From Bacteroidota bacterium (GTDB lineage Bacteria; Bacteroidota; Bacteroidia; CAILMK01): a stretch of DNA of 64,000 nucleotides. Below, piece after piece: positions 38,407-48,170 of the stretch. Numbering within the stretch: the first letter of the stretch is position 1; each line of letters begins with the position of its first letter. Location of the stretch: contig DAIUCM010000003.1 of NCBI GenBank assembly GCA_036846145.1, positions 7,022 to 71,021 of the forward strand, written 5' to 3'. The position numbers and the translations under genes were made by a program. The notes beneath the pieces are model-generated. The model saw only the letters and a list, made by a program, of their open reading frames with translations. It made no database searches and was not told where the DNA came from.

Positions 38407-40809
38407 ATGGGTGATAAAAGACACCTATCAGAACGCGATATCTGCACTAAATATATAACACCAGCCATACAGGCTGCTGGCTGGGATATTGATTCACAAA
38501 TACTTGAAGAAGTAAGTTTTACTGACGGTAAAATTTATGTTCGCGGTAAGCTAACAGCAAGGGGCAAACGCAAGCGAGCAGATTATATTCTTTATTACAA
38601 ATCAAATATACCCGTAGCTATTATTGAGGCCAAAGATAATACGCATACTATAAAAGATGGATTGCAACAGGCGCTTGATTATGCGCAGATATTAGATATT
38701 CCCTGTGTTTTCAGTTCGAATGGCGATGGATTTTATTTCCATGACAGAACGGTTAGTGATGGAGATATTGAAACTGAATTAACGTTGGACAGTTTTCCGT
38801 CTCCGGATGAATTATGGAATAAATATAAAACGTATAAAGGTATTTTTACTCCGGAGCAGGAGAAAATATCTACCCAAGAATACTACAAAGATGGATCAGG
38901 TAAAACACCGCGTTACTACCAGCAAATTGCCATCAACCGCACTATAGAAGCTATTTCTAAGGGTCAGCCAAGAATTATGCTTACCATGGCTACAGGCACT
39001 GGGAAAACGTTTGTTGCTTTTCAAATTATGTATAGATTATGGAAAGCCAGAACAAAAAAGCGGATACTTTTCCTGGCCGATAGAAATATATTATTGAACC
39101 AGGCTTATAATAAGGATTTTAAGCCATTTAAAGGCGCTATGACGATCGTTAAGCATCGTATGGTAGATAAGAGCTATGAAATATATTTAGCGCTTTACCA
39201 GGGCCTTTCCGGCAACGATGAAGCGGCTAATATATACCAACAATTTTCTCCAGATTTTTTTGACCTGGTCATTATTGATGAGTGTCACCGTGGATCGGCG
39301 AAAGATGATAGCGCCTGGCGTGAAATATTGAAATATTTTGACAAAGCCACTCACATTGGGCTTACCGCTACGCCTAAAGAAACCAAGGATACATCCAATA
39401 CAGAATATTTCGGCGATCCTGTATATACATATTCGCTAAGACAAGGTATAGAAGATGGGTTTCTTGCACCATTCCGGGTAGTTCGTATTGGTTTGGATAT
39501 CGATCTTGAAGGTTGGCGCCCACCTGCCGGTTTTCTCGATAAGAATGGCAACCTGGTGGAAGACCGGATTTATAACCGAACTGATTTTGATAAAAATATA
39601 GTTGTTGAGGAACGAAGAAAACTTGTAGCCCATAAGGTAACGGAATTCTTAAAGGGTACCGATGAAATGGCTAAAACCATAGTATTCTGCGTTGATATTG
39701 AACATGCACAAGGTATGCGAGCCGCATTGGCCAACGCAAATCCAGATCAGGCCAGGAAGAACTATAAATACGTAATGCAGATTACTGGTGATAATGAAGA
39801 GGGTAAACGCGAGCTTGATAATTTTATCAATCCTGAAGAAACCTATCCTGTTATAGCTACAACTTCTAAATTAATGACCACAGGTGTGGATTCTCAAACC
39901 TGTAAGGTCATTGTACTTGATTCAAATATCGGCTCACCTACCGAATTCAAACAAATTATTGGCCGTGGAACCCGAATCAATGAAGACCATGGTAAAATGT
40001 ATTTTACGATTCTGGATTTTCGTAGTGCTACAGACCATTTTGCCGATCCTGATTTTGATGGGCCGCCAATCAGAATAAAAGAAGCTGGTGAAGCCACTGA
40101 TATTAGTGGAACAGAAGATGAAGAAATAATAGATGGTGTACCTGTTCCTGATCCTGAAGAAGGTGGGGAAGATGATAAGCCAATAGGTGATGTTTTTCCA
40201 CCAGATGTAAGAAAACCTGGTGACTTTACACCAACGGACAAACGTGATAAAATATTTGTCGATGGAATAGACGTAACTGTACTTGTTTCTCGCGAATTAT
40301 ATTTTGACAATAACGGAAAACCCATAACTACGAGCTTGAAGGACCATACCCGTGATTCTATATTAAATAATTATGCAAGCCTGGAAGAATTCCTCAATAA
40401 ATGGAACGCTGCTGACCGTAAAGAAGCGATTATAAAAGAACTTGAAGAACAGGGTGTGTTGGTAGAAGCATTGCAAAAAGCTGTAAATAAAGACCTGGAT
40501 TTATTCGACCTGATATGTCATGTTGCTTTTGACCAGAAGCCGCTTACCCGTAAAGAAAGGGCCAATAATGTACGTAAACGAAATGCCTTTGCGAAGTATG
40601 GCGACAAAGCCAGAAAAGTTTTAGACGCGCTTCTTGACAAATATATGGATGAAGGCATTGAGAACTTGGAAAACATTGAAGTATTGAAACTTGAAAAATT
40701 CAGACCGTTTGGCGTACCGGTAGAAATAATTAAAGCTTTTGGCGGAAAAGAAGAATACAAGTTAGCGATCAAGGAACTGGAGAAAGAATTGTACAGACGC
40801 GCAAGCTAA
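38407..40809 (+). CDS. hsdR: Type I restriction subunit R (EcoAI/EcoEI-like)
   Basis: RADY.L...IIEAK, MATGTGKT, DECHRG, QIIGRGTR, EcoEI-type C-terminus. Confidence 0.93.
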   Translation: MGDKRHLSERDICTKYITPAIQAAGWDIDSQILEEVSFTDGKIYVRGKLTARGKRKRADYILYYKSNIPVAIIEAKDNTHTIKDGLQQALDYAQILDIPCVFSSNGDGFYFHDRTVSDGDIETELTLDSFPSPDELWNKYKTYKGIFTPEQEKISTQEYYKDGSGKTPRYYQQIAINRTIEAISKGQPRIMLTMATGTGKTFVAFQIMYRLWKARTKKRILFLADRNILLNQAYNKDFKPFKGAMTIVKHRMVDKSYEIYLALYQGLSGNDEAANIYQQFSPDFFDLVIIDECHRGSAKDDSAWREILKYFDKATHIGLTATPKETKDTSNTEYFGDPVYTYSLRQGIEDGFLAPFRVVRIGLDIDLEGWRPPAGFLDKNGNLVEDRIYNRTDFDKNIVVEERRKLVAHKVTEFLKGTDEMAKTIVFCVDIEHAQGMRAALANANPDQARKNYKYVMQITGDNEEGKRELDNFINPEETYPVIATTSKLMTTGVDSQTCKVIVLDSNIGSPTEFKQIIGRGTRINEDHGKMYFTILDFRSATDHFADPDFDGPPIRIKEAGEATDISGTEDEEIIDGVPVPDPEEGGEDDKPIGDVFPPDVRKPGDFTPTDKRDKIFVDGIDVTVLVSRELYFDNNGKPITTSLKDHTRDSILNNYASLEEFLNKWNAADRKEAIIKELEEQGVLVEALQKAVNKDLDLFDLICHVAFDQKPLTRKERANNVRKRNAFAKYGDKARKVLDALLDKYMDEGIENLENIEVLKLEKFRPFGVPVEIIKAFGGKEEYKLAIKELEKELYRRAS

Positions 40810-40912
40810 AGCCCATGCTTTACAAAATAAAAGCATTTTTTGACCAAAGCACATATGAAAGCCCAATGGTCAAATTCTTTTAAACATTAATAAAAATTAT
40901 TAAAAATTTATA

Positions 40913-42331
40913 ATGACTAACCTTTCAGGCGTAGTAAAGAGTATTAGAGATATCATGCGGCAAGACCGCGGATTGAGCGGTGACGGACAAAGAATAGAAC
41001 AACTGGCCTGGATGCTTTTCCTGAAGATTTTGGACGATAAAGACCAGGAAATGGAGATGATGGTTGATGATTACAAATCACCAATACCTACAGAATTACA
41101 ATGGAGAAACTGGGCAGCGAACGATGAAGGAATTACCGGAGAAGAATTATTAAAATTTGTTGACCAGGAACTGTTTCCGAAACTACGCAACCTAAGCGTG
41201 AAAGATCCTCGCAGCTTTATGGTGCGTGAGATTTTTGAAGGCAATAACAATTACATGAAGAGCGGCACATATATCCGCCAGGTTATTAACAAACTGAATG
41301 AAATCGATTTTAACGTAGCTACAGAGCGCCATCTCTTCGGTGACATATATGAGACCATCCTGAAAGAATTACAGAGCGCTGGAGCGTATGGAGAGTTTTA
41401 TACACCACGTGCACTAACCGGGTTTATGACAGAAATGTTAAACCCGAAACTTGGCGAAACTATTCTGGACCCTGCAATGGGCACAGCAGGATTCTTAACC
41501 GCCGTGGTAGAACATTTAAAAGCCCAGGCTAAAAATGTTGACGAACACAAAAGCATACAACAAAACGTGCGAGGATGGGAATGGAAGCCCCTACCCTTCG
41601 TTCTGGCCACCACAAACCTTATTTTGCATGATATTGAGGTACCAAATGTACTACATCGCGACTCGCTGGATAAGCCGTTAACAGACTATAAACCTAAAGA
41701 TAAAGTTGATATAATTATAGCCAATCCACCATTTGGCGGAACGGTTTCTAATAGCAACGAAACAAATTTCCCACAGACGTACCGTACCAGGGAAAGTGCC
41801 GATCTTTTCCTTATCCTGATGGTTCATTTATTAAAACCTAATGGAAGGGCGGCGATTATTTTACCGGACGGATCGTTAACAGGTGAAGGCGTGAAACAGC
41901 GCGTTAGACAGAAATTACTGGAAGACTGTAACCTGCATACCATCATCCGTTTACCTAATAGCGTTTTCCAGCCGTATGCTACAGTGGCTACCAATATTCT
42001 GTTTTTTGATAAAGGCGAACGCACAAAAGAAGTTTGGTACTATGAGCACAGGTTACCGGAAGGACAGAAATCGTACAGTAAAACCAAGGTTATACAGCAG
42101 CAGGAGTTCGAGCCTATAAAACAGTGGTGGAATAACAGGAAAGAAAGCGAAATATGCTGGAAAGTTAATGTACAAACCATCATTGACCGCAACTATGACC
42201 TGGATATTAAAAATCCGTCAAAACAGGAAAATGTACAGGAATATTCCAGTATTGAACTGATGGATATGCTGGAGCACAGCTTCGCTAAAAGTAATTCATT
42301 GTTAAACCAATTAAAAGTGGCTATACAATGA
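40913..42331 (+). CDS. hsdM: Type I N6-adenine methyltransferase subunit M
   Basis: GEFYTPR, DPAMGTAGFL, NPPF. Confidence 0.93.
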   Translation: MTNLSGVVKSIRDIMRQDRGLSGDGQRIEQLAWMLFLKILDDKDQEMEMMVDDYKSPIPTELQWRNWAANDEGITGEELLKFVDQELFPKLRNLSVKDPRSFMVREIFEGNNNYMKSGTYIRQVINKLNEIDFNVATERHLFGDIYETILKELQSAGAYGEFYTPRALTGFMTEMLNPKLGETILDPAMGTAGFLTAVVEHLKAQAKNVDEHKSIQQNVRGWEWKPLPFVLATTNLILHDIEVPNVLHRDSLDKPLTDYKPKDKVDIIIANPPFGGTVSNSNETNFPQTYRTRESADLFLILMVHLLKPNGRAAIILPDGSLTGEGVKQRVRQKLLEDCNLHTIIRLPNSVFQPYATVATNILFFDKGERTKEVWYYEHRLPEGQKSYSKTKVIQQQEFEPIKQWWNNRKESEICWKVNVQTIIDRNYDLDIKNPSKQENVQEYSSIELMDMLEHSFAKSNSLLNQLKVAIQ

Positions 42332-43665
42332 AACTGGGCGAAGTAATTAAACAGCGTAAGGGCTTTATTACAATTGACGATGATAAAGACTATAAGCTAT
42401 GCCGTGTACAAGTTCACCGAAAAGGGGTTGTACTTAGAGGAATTGTAAAGGGAAAAGATATTAAAACCAAGAAACAACAGGTTTGCAAAGCCGGAGACTT
42501 TTTAGTTGCCGAAATGGATGCCAAGGTTGGCGGATATGGTTTTGTACCTGAAGAACTGGATGGCGCCATAGTGAGCAGCCATTATTTTCTGTTTGAGCTC
42601 GATGAAAGTAAAATAAGGCCAGCATACCTGGAGATTATATCCAAGCTACAGATTTTGCAGGATCAGATTAAAGCCGTTGGTTCAACGAATTATGCTGCGA
42701 TAAGACCGGTAAATGTATTGAACTGGAAAATACCTTATTCAAGCATTGATAACCAGGTTAAAATTGAGAAGCTATATAAGCACACAGAGAAAAATAGTTT
42801 GGCCCTAAAAGATGAAATAAACCACCAGCAAGCTTTACTGAAACAACTTCGCCAGGCTTTTTTGCGCGAAGCGATGATGGGAAAATTGATACCCCAAAAT
42901 ACAGATGACGAACCTGCAACAGAGCTACTGAAGAAAATTAAAGCTGAGAAAAAACAGTTAATCAAAGATAAAAAACTAAAAAAAGAAAAACCTTTACCGC
43001 CAATCAAATCAGATGAAATTCCTTATGAAATACCGGAAAACTGGGCTTGGTGTAGATTAGGCCATGTTATAGATTTAATTTCAGGGCAACACATAGATTC
43101 TCATGAATATAATTTAGATGGCAAAGGGTTTCCCTATATGACAGGGCCTTCTGATTTTGGAAAAACCTTTCCTATACCAACACGTTGGACTACAAAACCA
43201 AGAGTTTTTTCTAAAACAGACGATATTCTTATAACAGTAAAGGGTTCGGGAGTAGGAAAACTTAATATATGCAACCTTCCTAAAATCGTTATTGGAAGAC
43301 AGTTAATGGCGGTGCGACCTATTCTGTTATCGAGAGATTTTATATACAACTTCATAAGAATCTCATTTGACCTTCTACAATCAAAAATGAAAGGTACTGG
43401 TATACCAGGAATAAGCAGAGAAAATATTCTTAATTTAATGTTCCCTCTACCACCTTTAGCAGAGCAAAACCGTATTGTAAAAAAGCTGGAAGAATTGGTG
43501 AATATGTGTGCTGTGTTGGAATCAAGTATTAATACAAGCCGGCAACAAAACGAAGCCTTGTTGCAGCAAGTTCTACGAGAAGCATTACAACCCACACCCA
43601 AAGCATTTTCCGACGAAACTATATATGCAGGTCAGGATGTAGAAACTGTTTTGCAGGAAGCCTGA
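42328..43665 (+). CDS. hsdS: Type I specificity subunit S (two TRDs)
   Basis: TRD-coiled coil-IPENWAWCRLG-TRD-PLPPLAEQ.RIV. Confidence 0.9.
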   Translation: MKLGEVIKQRKGFITIDDDKDYKLCRVQVHRKGVVLRGIVKGKDIKTKKQQVCKAGDFLVAEMDAKVGGYGFVPEELDGAIVSSHYFLFELDESKIRPAYLEIISKLQILQDQIKAVGSTNYAAIRPVNVLNWKIPYSSIDNQVKIEKLYKHTEKNSLALKDEINHQQALLKQLRQAFLREAMMGKLIPQNTDDEPATELLKKIKAEKKQLIKDKKLKKEKPLPPIKSDEIPYEIPENWAWCRLGHVIDLISGQHIDSHEYNLDGKGFPYMTGPSDFGKTFPIPTRWTTKPRVFSKTDDILITVKGSGVGKLNICNLPKIVIGRQLMAVRPILLSRDFIYNFIRISFDLLQSKMKGTGIPGISRENILNLMFPLPPLAEQNRIVKKLEELVNMCAVLESSINTSRQQNEALLQQVLREALQPTPKAFSDETIYAGQDVETVLQEA

Positions 43666-43730
43666 TGTTGAAATATTCTTCACGCATATTCTATATGTAC
43701 AATGGTTTTTAATTAAAAACTACGCCAATT

Positions 43731-44363
43731 ATGATTATGAACCCAACAGCCCGCAAGTTTGCTCTTACCGCTCACATTACTTTCTCAGTGGGTTGGCTTG
43801 GTGCTGTTGCCGGTTTTCTGGTTCTGGCTCTTGCAGGTTTATATAGCCAGGATAATCAAATGGTTCGTTCTGCTTATATAACTATGGATTTAATCGCCTG
43901 GTATGTAATTGTACCTGCAAGTTTACTTGCGCTGTTAACCGGCCTTATACAATCTTTAGGTACTAAGTGGGGTTTGTTCCGCCACTACTGGATCATTGTT
44001 AAATTATTCTTAACAGTTGGTTCAACCATACTGCTACTGCTGCACATGCAGCTTATCACTAAAATGGCTGAAGTAGCATCACACAAAATACTTAGCAGTA
44101 CCGATCTCCGTGGTTTGCGAATACAGCTTACTGCTGATGCCGCTGCTGCAATATTTGTATTATTAATTACAATTGCTCTGTCTGTATACAAACCCTGGGG
44201 CCAAACCGGGTATGGGCGTAAAAACAAACTACAGCATGAAAAATCAGCGAATAACCCAGGTAATCTGAAAGCCAGCAAAACATATATTATTATTATAGGC
44301 CTTATCGCGCTGCTCATGCTGTTTATTATCATGCATCTTGCTGGCGGTGGCCTACATCATTAA
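43731..44363 (+). CDS. DUF2269-like integral membrane protein
   Basis: RKFALTAHI..SVGWLGA, LTG..QSLGT.WGLFRHYWI..KL, YKPWG. Confidence 0.7.
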   Translation: MIMNPTARKFALTAHITFSVGWLGAVAGFLVLALAGLYSQDNQMVRSAYITMDLIAWYVIVPASLLALLTGLIQSLGTKWGLFRHYWIIVKLFLTVGSTILLLLHMQLITKMAEVASHKILSSTDLRGLRIQLTADAAAAIFVLLITIALSVYKPWGQTGYGRKNKLQHEKSANNPGNLKASKTYIIIIGLIALLMLFIIMHLAGGGLHH

Positions 44364-44686
44364 TATTAAATACATTATCCCAATTACAATATACAAAAGC
44401 ATTTTCTGACGAGCTCATATATACAATTCAGTTTTTTAGAAACGATTTTTACAAAGCTTGGAATTGGAGAAACCTAATATTTATAAAATTTAATTATCAG
44501 GAACATTTTATTAATTGAAAATAAATTTGATATTTGACTAAAAATCCGAGATTTGTCGGAGAATTTCATATTTCAGTAATAAACTGTAACTTTGCAGGAA
44601 AATTCAGGTTTACGGCTCAATATTTGATTTTTAAACAATAAACTCGGATTTTCCTTGTTATAAGTAATTAATTAACCCTTATAGCC

Positions 44687-44968
44687 GTGTCATCATACAT
44701 AGTATATTTCTTCGATGGCTTTGTTAAAGCCTTTGATCTTTGCGGCGCACTCGCTATTCGCCCAAGGACAAATAGACATAGGGTTTACCATGAATATCGT
44801 TTAAGGATCATGCAGAACAAGGGCGGATTGCAAGCCGATAAAATGAATATTCGTGCAGATAGCGTATTGGTTGGTATGGATTTTCGGAGAGGAATAGATA
44901 AATTTGCAATTAACTATTCTTCAGACCATAATGGCCAAACAGCAACTGAAACATACACAAAAAGGTAG
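44687..44968 (+). CDS. Small hypothetical protein upstream of DUF2335 (GTG start)
   Basis: FFDGF..AFDL...D..NIRAD...VG.DFRR pattern; TAACTTTG -7 element at 44587-44594. Confidence 0.5.
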   Translation: MSSYIVYFFDGFVKAFDLCGALAIRPRTNRHRVYHEYRLRIMQNKGGLQADKMNIRADSVLVGMDFRRGIDKFAINYSSDHNGQTATETYTKR

Positions 44969-45330
44969 TCAGCACGAGCAAACTACTGAGCTCACTCATA
45001 TAGATAACCCTTTACCTGATTCCGAAGAACTCGAAAAAGTATAATGCGTTAATTCCGCAAGGTGCTGAACGTATTATGCAGATGGTAGAGAAAGAGCAAA
45101 ATTTCAGACATGCATTTCTGCAAAAAGATCAAAAAAGAAGTTTTAACATCCATTCTAAAGGCCAGTGGTTTGCTTTCTTTATTATGATGGCTGGCCTGGC
45201 CTTCTCATATTTTCTGTTAGAAAAAGGTCATGAAATAATGGGCTCAATATTTAGTGGCTCTCTGATACTGGTAGGCGCTGGAATGTTTATTGGTAGAAAA
45301 TTAGCACACAAAGAAGAAGTTCAGAAATAA
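44931..45330 (+). pseudogene. DUF2335 membrane protein, frameshifted at an A5 run (45034-45038)
   Basis: Removing one A gives PLPDSEELEKYNALIPQGAERIMQMVEKEQNFRH followed by two TM helices. Confidence 0.75.
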
Positions 45331-45493
45331 TATAGTTTCAGGTTCCAATTTTATTGCACTTTGCTTCAATTATGCGATATCCGCATTTGACACTCATCGC
45401 CATCGCGCCGCTCTGGATGTTAATCCTATATTTTATATAAATACCTGTATTATAAATTATTTAGCATCCTAATCAAGCTTTCTGTTTGGGATG

Positions 45494-45742
45494 CTAAGCT
45501 CCATTTATCCTGAATTTTTCGTTGAGAGCTTCCATAAGGAATTCATATATATTATTTTTAGGTGGATTTTCTTCGCCCAGAAAATATCTTAATTGATAAA
45601 AGAATTTATCGTCATCTGCATGACGTCCGGTAGCATGATGTCTGCTTTGCAAAGCTTCTACAGCTTCATTATATTTTTCGCGTCCATACTTTTCTTCGAG
45701 GTAGGCTACTAAAGCGTTTTTTACAGCTTGGTGAAATTCCAT
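45494..45742 (-). CDS. Hypothetical helical protein (82 aa from ATG 45742)
   Basis: Open frame, protein-like composition; same strand and downstream of the Macro-like gene. Confidence 0.5.
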   Translation of the reverse strand: MEFHQAVKNALVAYLEEKYGREKYNEAVEALQSRHHATGRHADDDKFFYQLRYFLGEENPPKNNIYEFLMEALNEKFRINGA

Positions 45743-45900
45743 ATTTTTATATATTTTAAAATTAACTGGTATCCCTGGCAGAAGTATCCCAGTCTCTATG
45801 TATCCCGGCTTATAGACCGCCAGGGGAATCAAAATATTGGCTAACAATATGTTGCAAAAATTTTTTCTGAAAATTTTTCTGAAAAAGTGACTTTTACTGG

Positions 45901-46470
45901 TTAAATATTTATTGGTGCTAATATCGATCTGGTAAAAACATCGTTCCTTGAGATTAAATGTATTTTTAAGTTATTCGGCGACTGACCATTATAACTATAC
46001 AACAAATCCAGAATAAGATCAACCCGCTCCCTGTAAGCCTTATCGTTGTGTGTTTTTTTTCGGTTTTTAATTTCTAACTTATCGTCAGGTAACCCCGGTA
46101 AATAGTTTGTTGGCCTTGCGCCAGTAAAGCCTATAGATTTACAACCAATTAACTGTAGTGTTTTAATAGCCGCAGTAAGTTGTAACACCAGGCGGCTATC
46201 CGAAATACAATCTTCGTTTTGCTCGTTTCGTAAAAAGTAAACATACTTTTTTTCACTGTTTATGTTTACTATAATCGGAATGGAATGATGGCTTTTATAA
46301 GACGAACCAATTCTGGTAAATTCATCCTCATTGACAGAAATTTTTTTTAGGAAAATTTTCCAGTCCGTTTCCATACATGTATATCCATATTTAGCAAATA
46401 CAATAACCGCATCACAGGTATTCTCCAGCAAAAGGTCAAATACATTACCAATGTTTGGAACGATTAACAT
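45901..46470 (-). CDS. Divergent Macro-domain-like protein
   Basis: GNVFD....DAVIV at N-terminus; AAIKTLQLIGCKSIGF; terminal IHLI strand. Confidence 0.45.
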   Translation of the reverse strand: MLIVPNIGNVFDLLLENTCDAVIVFAKYGYTCMETDWKIFLKKISVNEDEFTRIGSSYKSHHSIPIIVNINSEKKYVYFLRNEQNEDCISDSRLVLQLTAAIKTLQLIGCKSIGFTGARPTNYLPGLPDDKLEIKNRKKTHNDKAYRERVDLILDLLYSYNGQSPNNLKIHLISRNDVFTRSILAPINI

Positions 46471-46650
46471 ATGCGATTTATGTACTTTAAAGGGCTTTTA
46501 TTGGCTATATTCTACAGGTAATAATATACACCTTGGCAAGCAAAAAATTTAAACACCTATAGATAAACAAGTTACAAATATAATAAACCAGACCGACATG
46601 TAAGCGAATCGACTACCATTTATTAAAATATTTCCTTACATTTTTGAAAT

Positions 46651-46860
46651 GTGGTAGCCAATAACGATTTAGTAGCTTTTGGTAAAAAACTTAAAGAAAA
46701 GCGTACAGCTAAAAAATTAAGTTTGCAAAAACTGGCTGATGAAGCTGATTTGGCAAAATCAACCGTGCACCGCATCGAAAGGGGTGATCTCAACTTTTCA
46801 TACAAAATACTAATATCCTTAGCCAAAGCGCTGAATATTTCTCCGGCAGAGTTTTTTTAA
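46651..46860 (+). CDS. XRE-family HTH regulator
   Basis: FG..LK..R....LS...LA..A.L..S....IERG..N. Confidence 0.88.
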   Translation: MVANNDLVAFGKKLKEKRTAKKLSLQKLADEADLAKSTVHRIERGDLNFSYKILISLAKALNISPAEFF

Positions 46861-46998
46861 TTAATACGTGGGGAAAAGGGCCCATCGCTCCGCTCCGCTG
46901 CTAAATTATTCCTAATCACAAGTATTCTATTTTTGATGAATATCCGGCGTCCGTGAATCTTCTAAAAAATCGATTATTTTTTATTACGTAATATTTTT

Positions 46999-47028
46999 TA
47001 TCCATTTTGGATATTTTATTTATATTTG
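46999..47028 (+). promoter_or_regulatory. Palindromic operator candidate adjacent to a -7 element
   Basis: TATCCA-TTT-TGGATA 46999-47013; TATATTTG 47021-47028. Confidence 0.4.
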
Positions 47029-47045
47029 AAAAATAAATATTCTGT

Positions 47046-47819
47046 ATGGAAGACTTAGAAAGGTTAAAAGAAATTATTGACAATCTGAAGCACGAAAAAA
47101 AAATAAAGAATCTATCAGACCTGGGCCGCTTAATAGATTACAGCCCACAAACGCTGACAAATATTCTAAATGGCCGAAAACAAATTTCAAAAGGCCTGAT
47201 AAAAGCTTTAAAGGATAAATTCCCATTTATAGATTTAAATTATGTACAAACAGGCGAAAAATCTATTCAAGATATAATTGGAATACCGTATTTGCCACGC
47301 GATGAATTTGGTGCGTTTGGCATGAAATATATGGACCGGGAATACCTTCAGCGGTTAACTATTAAAGGTGTACCCGAAATTACAAGACCTGCCGACATGT
47401 GGATGGATATCCCGGTTGATCATCCTGATTACGTTTTTCTTAAAGACGATTTGGCTTATGCTATAAAAGTAGAAAACGCTGAAATCCGTAGTTATTATTT
47501 TATAATTACAAAGAAGAAAGAATTACTTTTTGGGCAATGCAAATCATTTGAAGGTGAATATTTCATAGCAAGTAAAAATTTCCATAGCGAAACTAATATT
47601 CCACTAAAAGATGTGTTGGAATTTTGGAAAGTTTCCGGGATTTATTTTAATAGAATTACACCAGAAGATAGGTATAGAAATAGCATTACCCCAAAAGACC
47701 TTCAGCTTGATAACCGAGAACTTAGAAAGAAAAATAAACAACAGGATGAAAAAATTAAAATGCTGGAAGCACAATTAAAAAAGCTGCAAGCAAATACAAC
47801 CAACACAAGTAAAAAATAG
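47046..47819 (+). CDS. CI-like repressor (XRE HTH, degenerate S24-like domain, C-terminal coiled coil)
   Basis: N-terminal HTH (YSPQTLTNILNGRK); no recognisable catalytic GDSM motif. Confidence 0.6.
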   Translation: MEDLERLKEIIDNLKHEKKIKNLSDLGRLIDYSPQTLTNILNGRKQISKGLIKALKDKFPFIDLNYVQTGEKSIQDIIGIPYLPRDEFGAFGMKYMDREYLQRLTIKGVPEITRPADMWMDIPVDHPDYVFLKDDLAYAIKVENAEIRSYYFIITKKKELLFGQCKSFEGEYFIASKNFHSETNIPLKDVLEFWKVSGIYFNRITPEDRYRNSITPKDLQLDNRELRKKNKQQDEKIKMLEAQLKKLQANTTNTSKK

Positions 47820-47825
47820 TCTGAG

Positions 47826-48170
47826 ATGGAAAGGGTTATTAGTGCTTTGAATGTTTTTTTAACAGAAATAATTATTTATGCCACAGAGGTTGGTGTTAAT
47901 ACTGCTATAGAAAAGTTTAAAAAAGAAAATTTACTTCCATCATATTCAGTACCAGAAAAGGAATACGATCTCAAAGAGGTTTTATCTTTATATTTAAAGG
48001 ATGATCGCTTTAAGAAGATTTCTCCAGGCGCACTAAAGCTGTGGGAAGACAGAGGTATAATTACAAACTATGGTACACCTCGTCATAAGAAATATAAAGA
48101 GACAGAGCTTGTCGAAGCCATGAAAAACAAAGGTAAACGCCGGTTAGCTCAAGTCCATTACACCACCTAA
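47826..48170 (+). CDS. Excisionase/MerR-like HTH DNA-binding protein
   Basis: ISPGALKLWEDRGII....T....KY..TEL; converges on the integrase. Confidence 0.6.
   Translation: MERVISALNVFLTEIIIYATEVGVNTAIEKFKKENLLPSYSVPEKEYDLKEVLSLYLKDDRFKKISPGALKLWEDRGIITNYGTPRHKKYKETELVEAMKNKGKRRLAQVHYTT

Noticed and set aside
45855-45886. Short tandem AAATTTTTCTGAAAA duplication
   Set aside because: Two AT-rich copies only; compatible with local slippage, with no functional evidence
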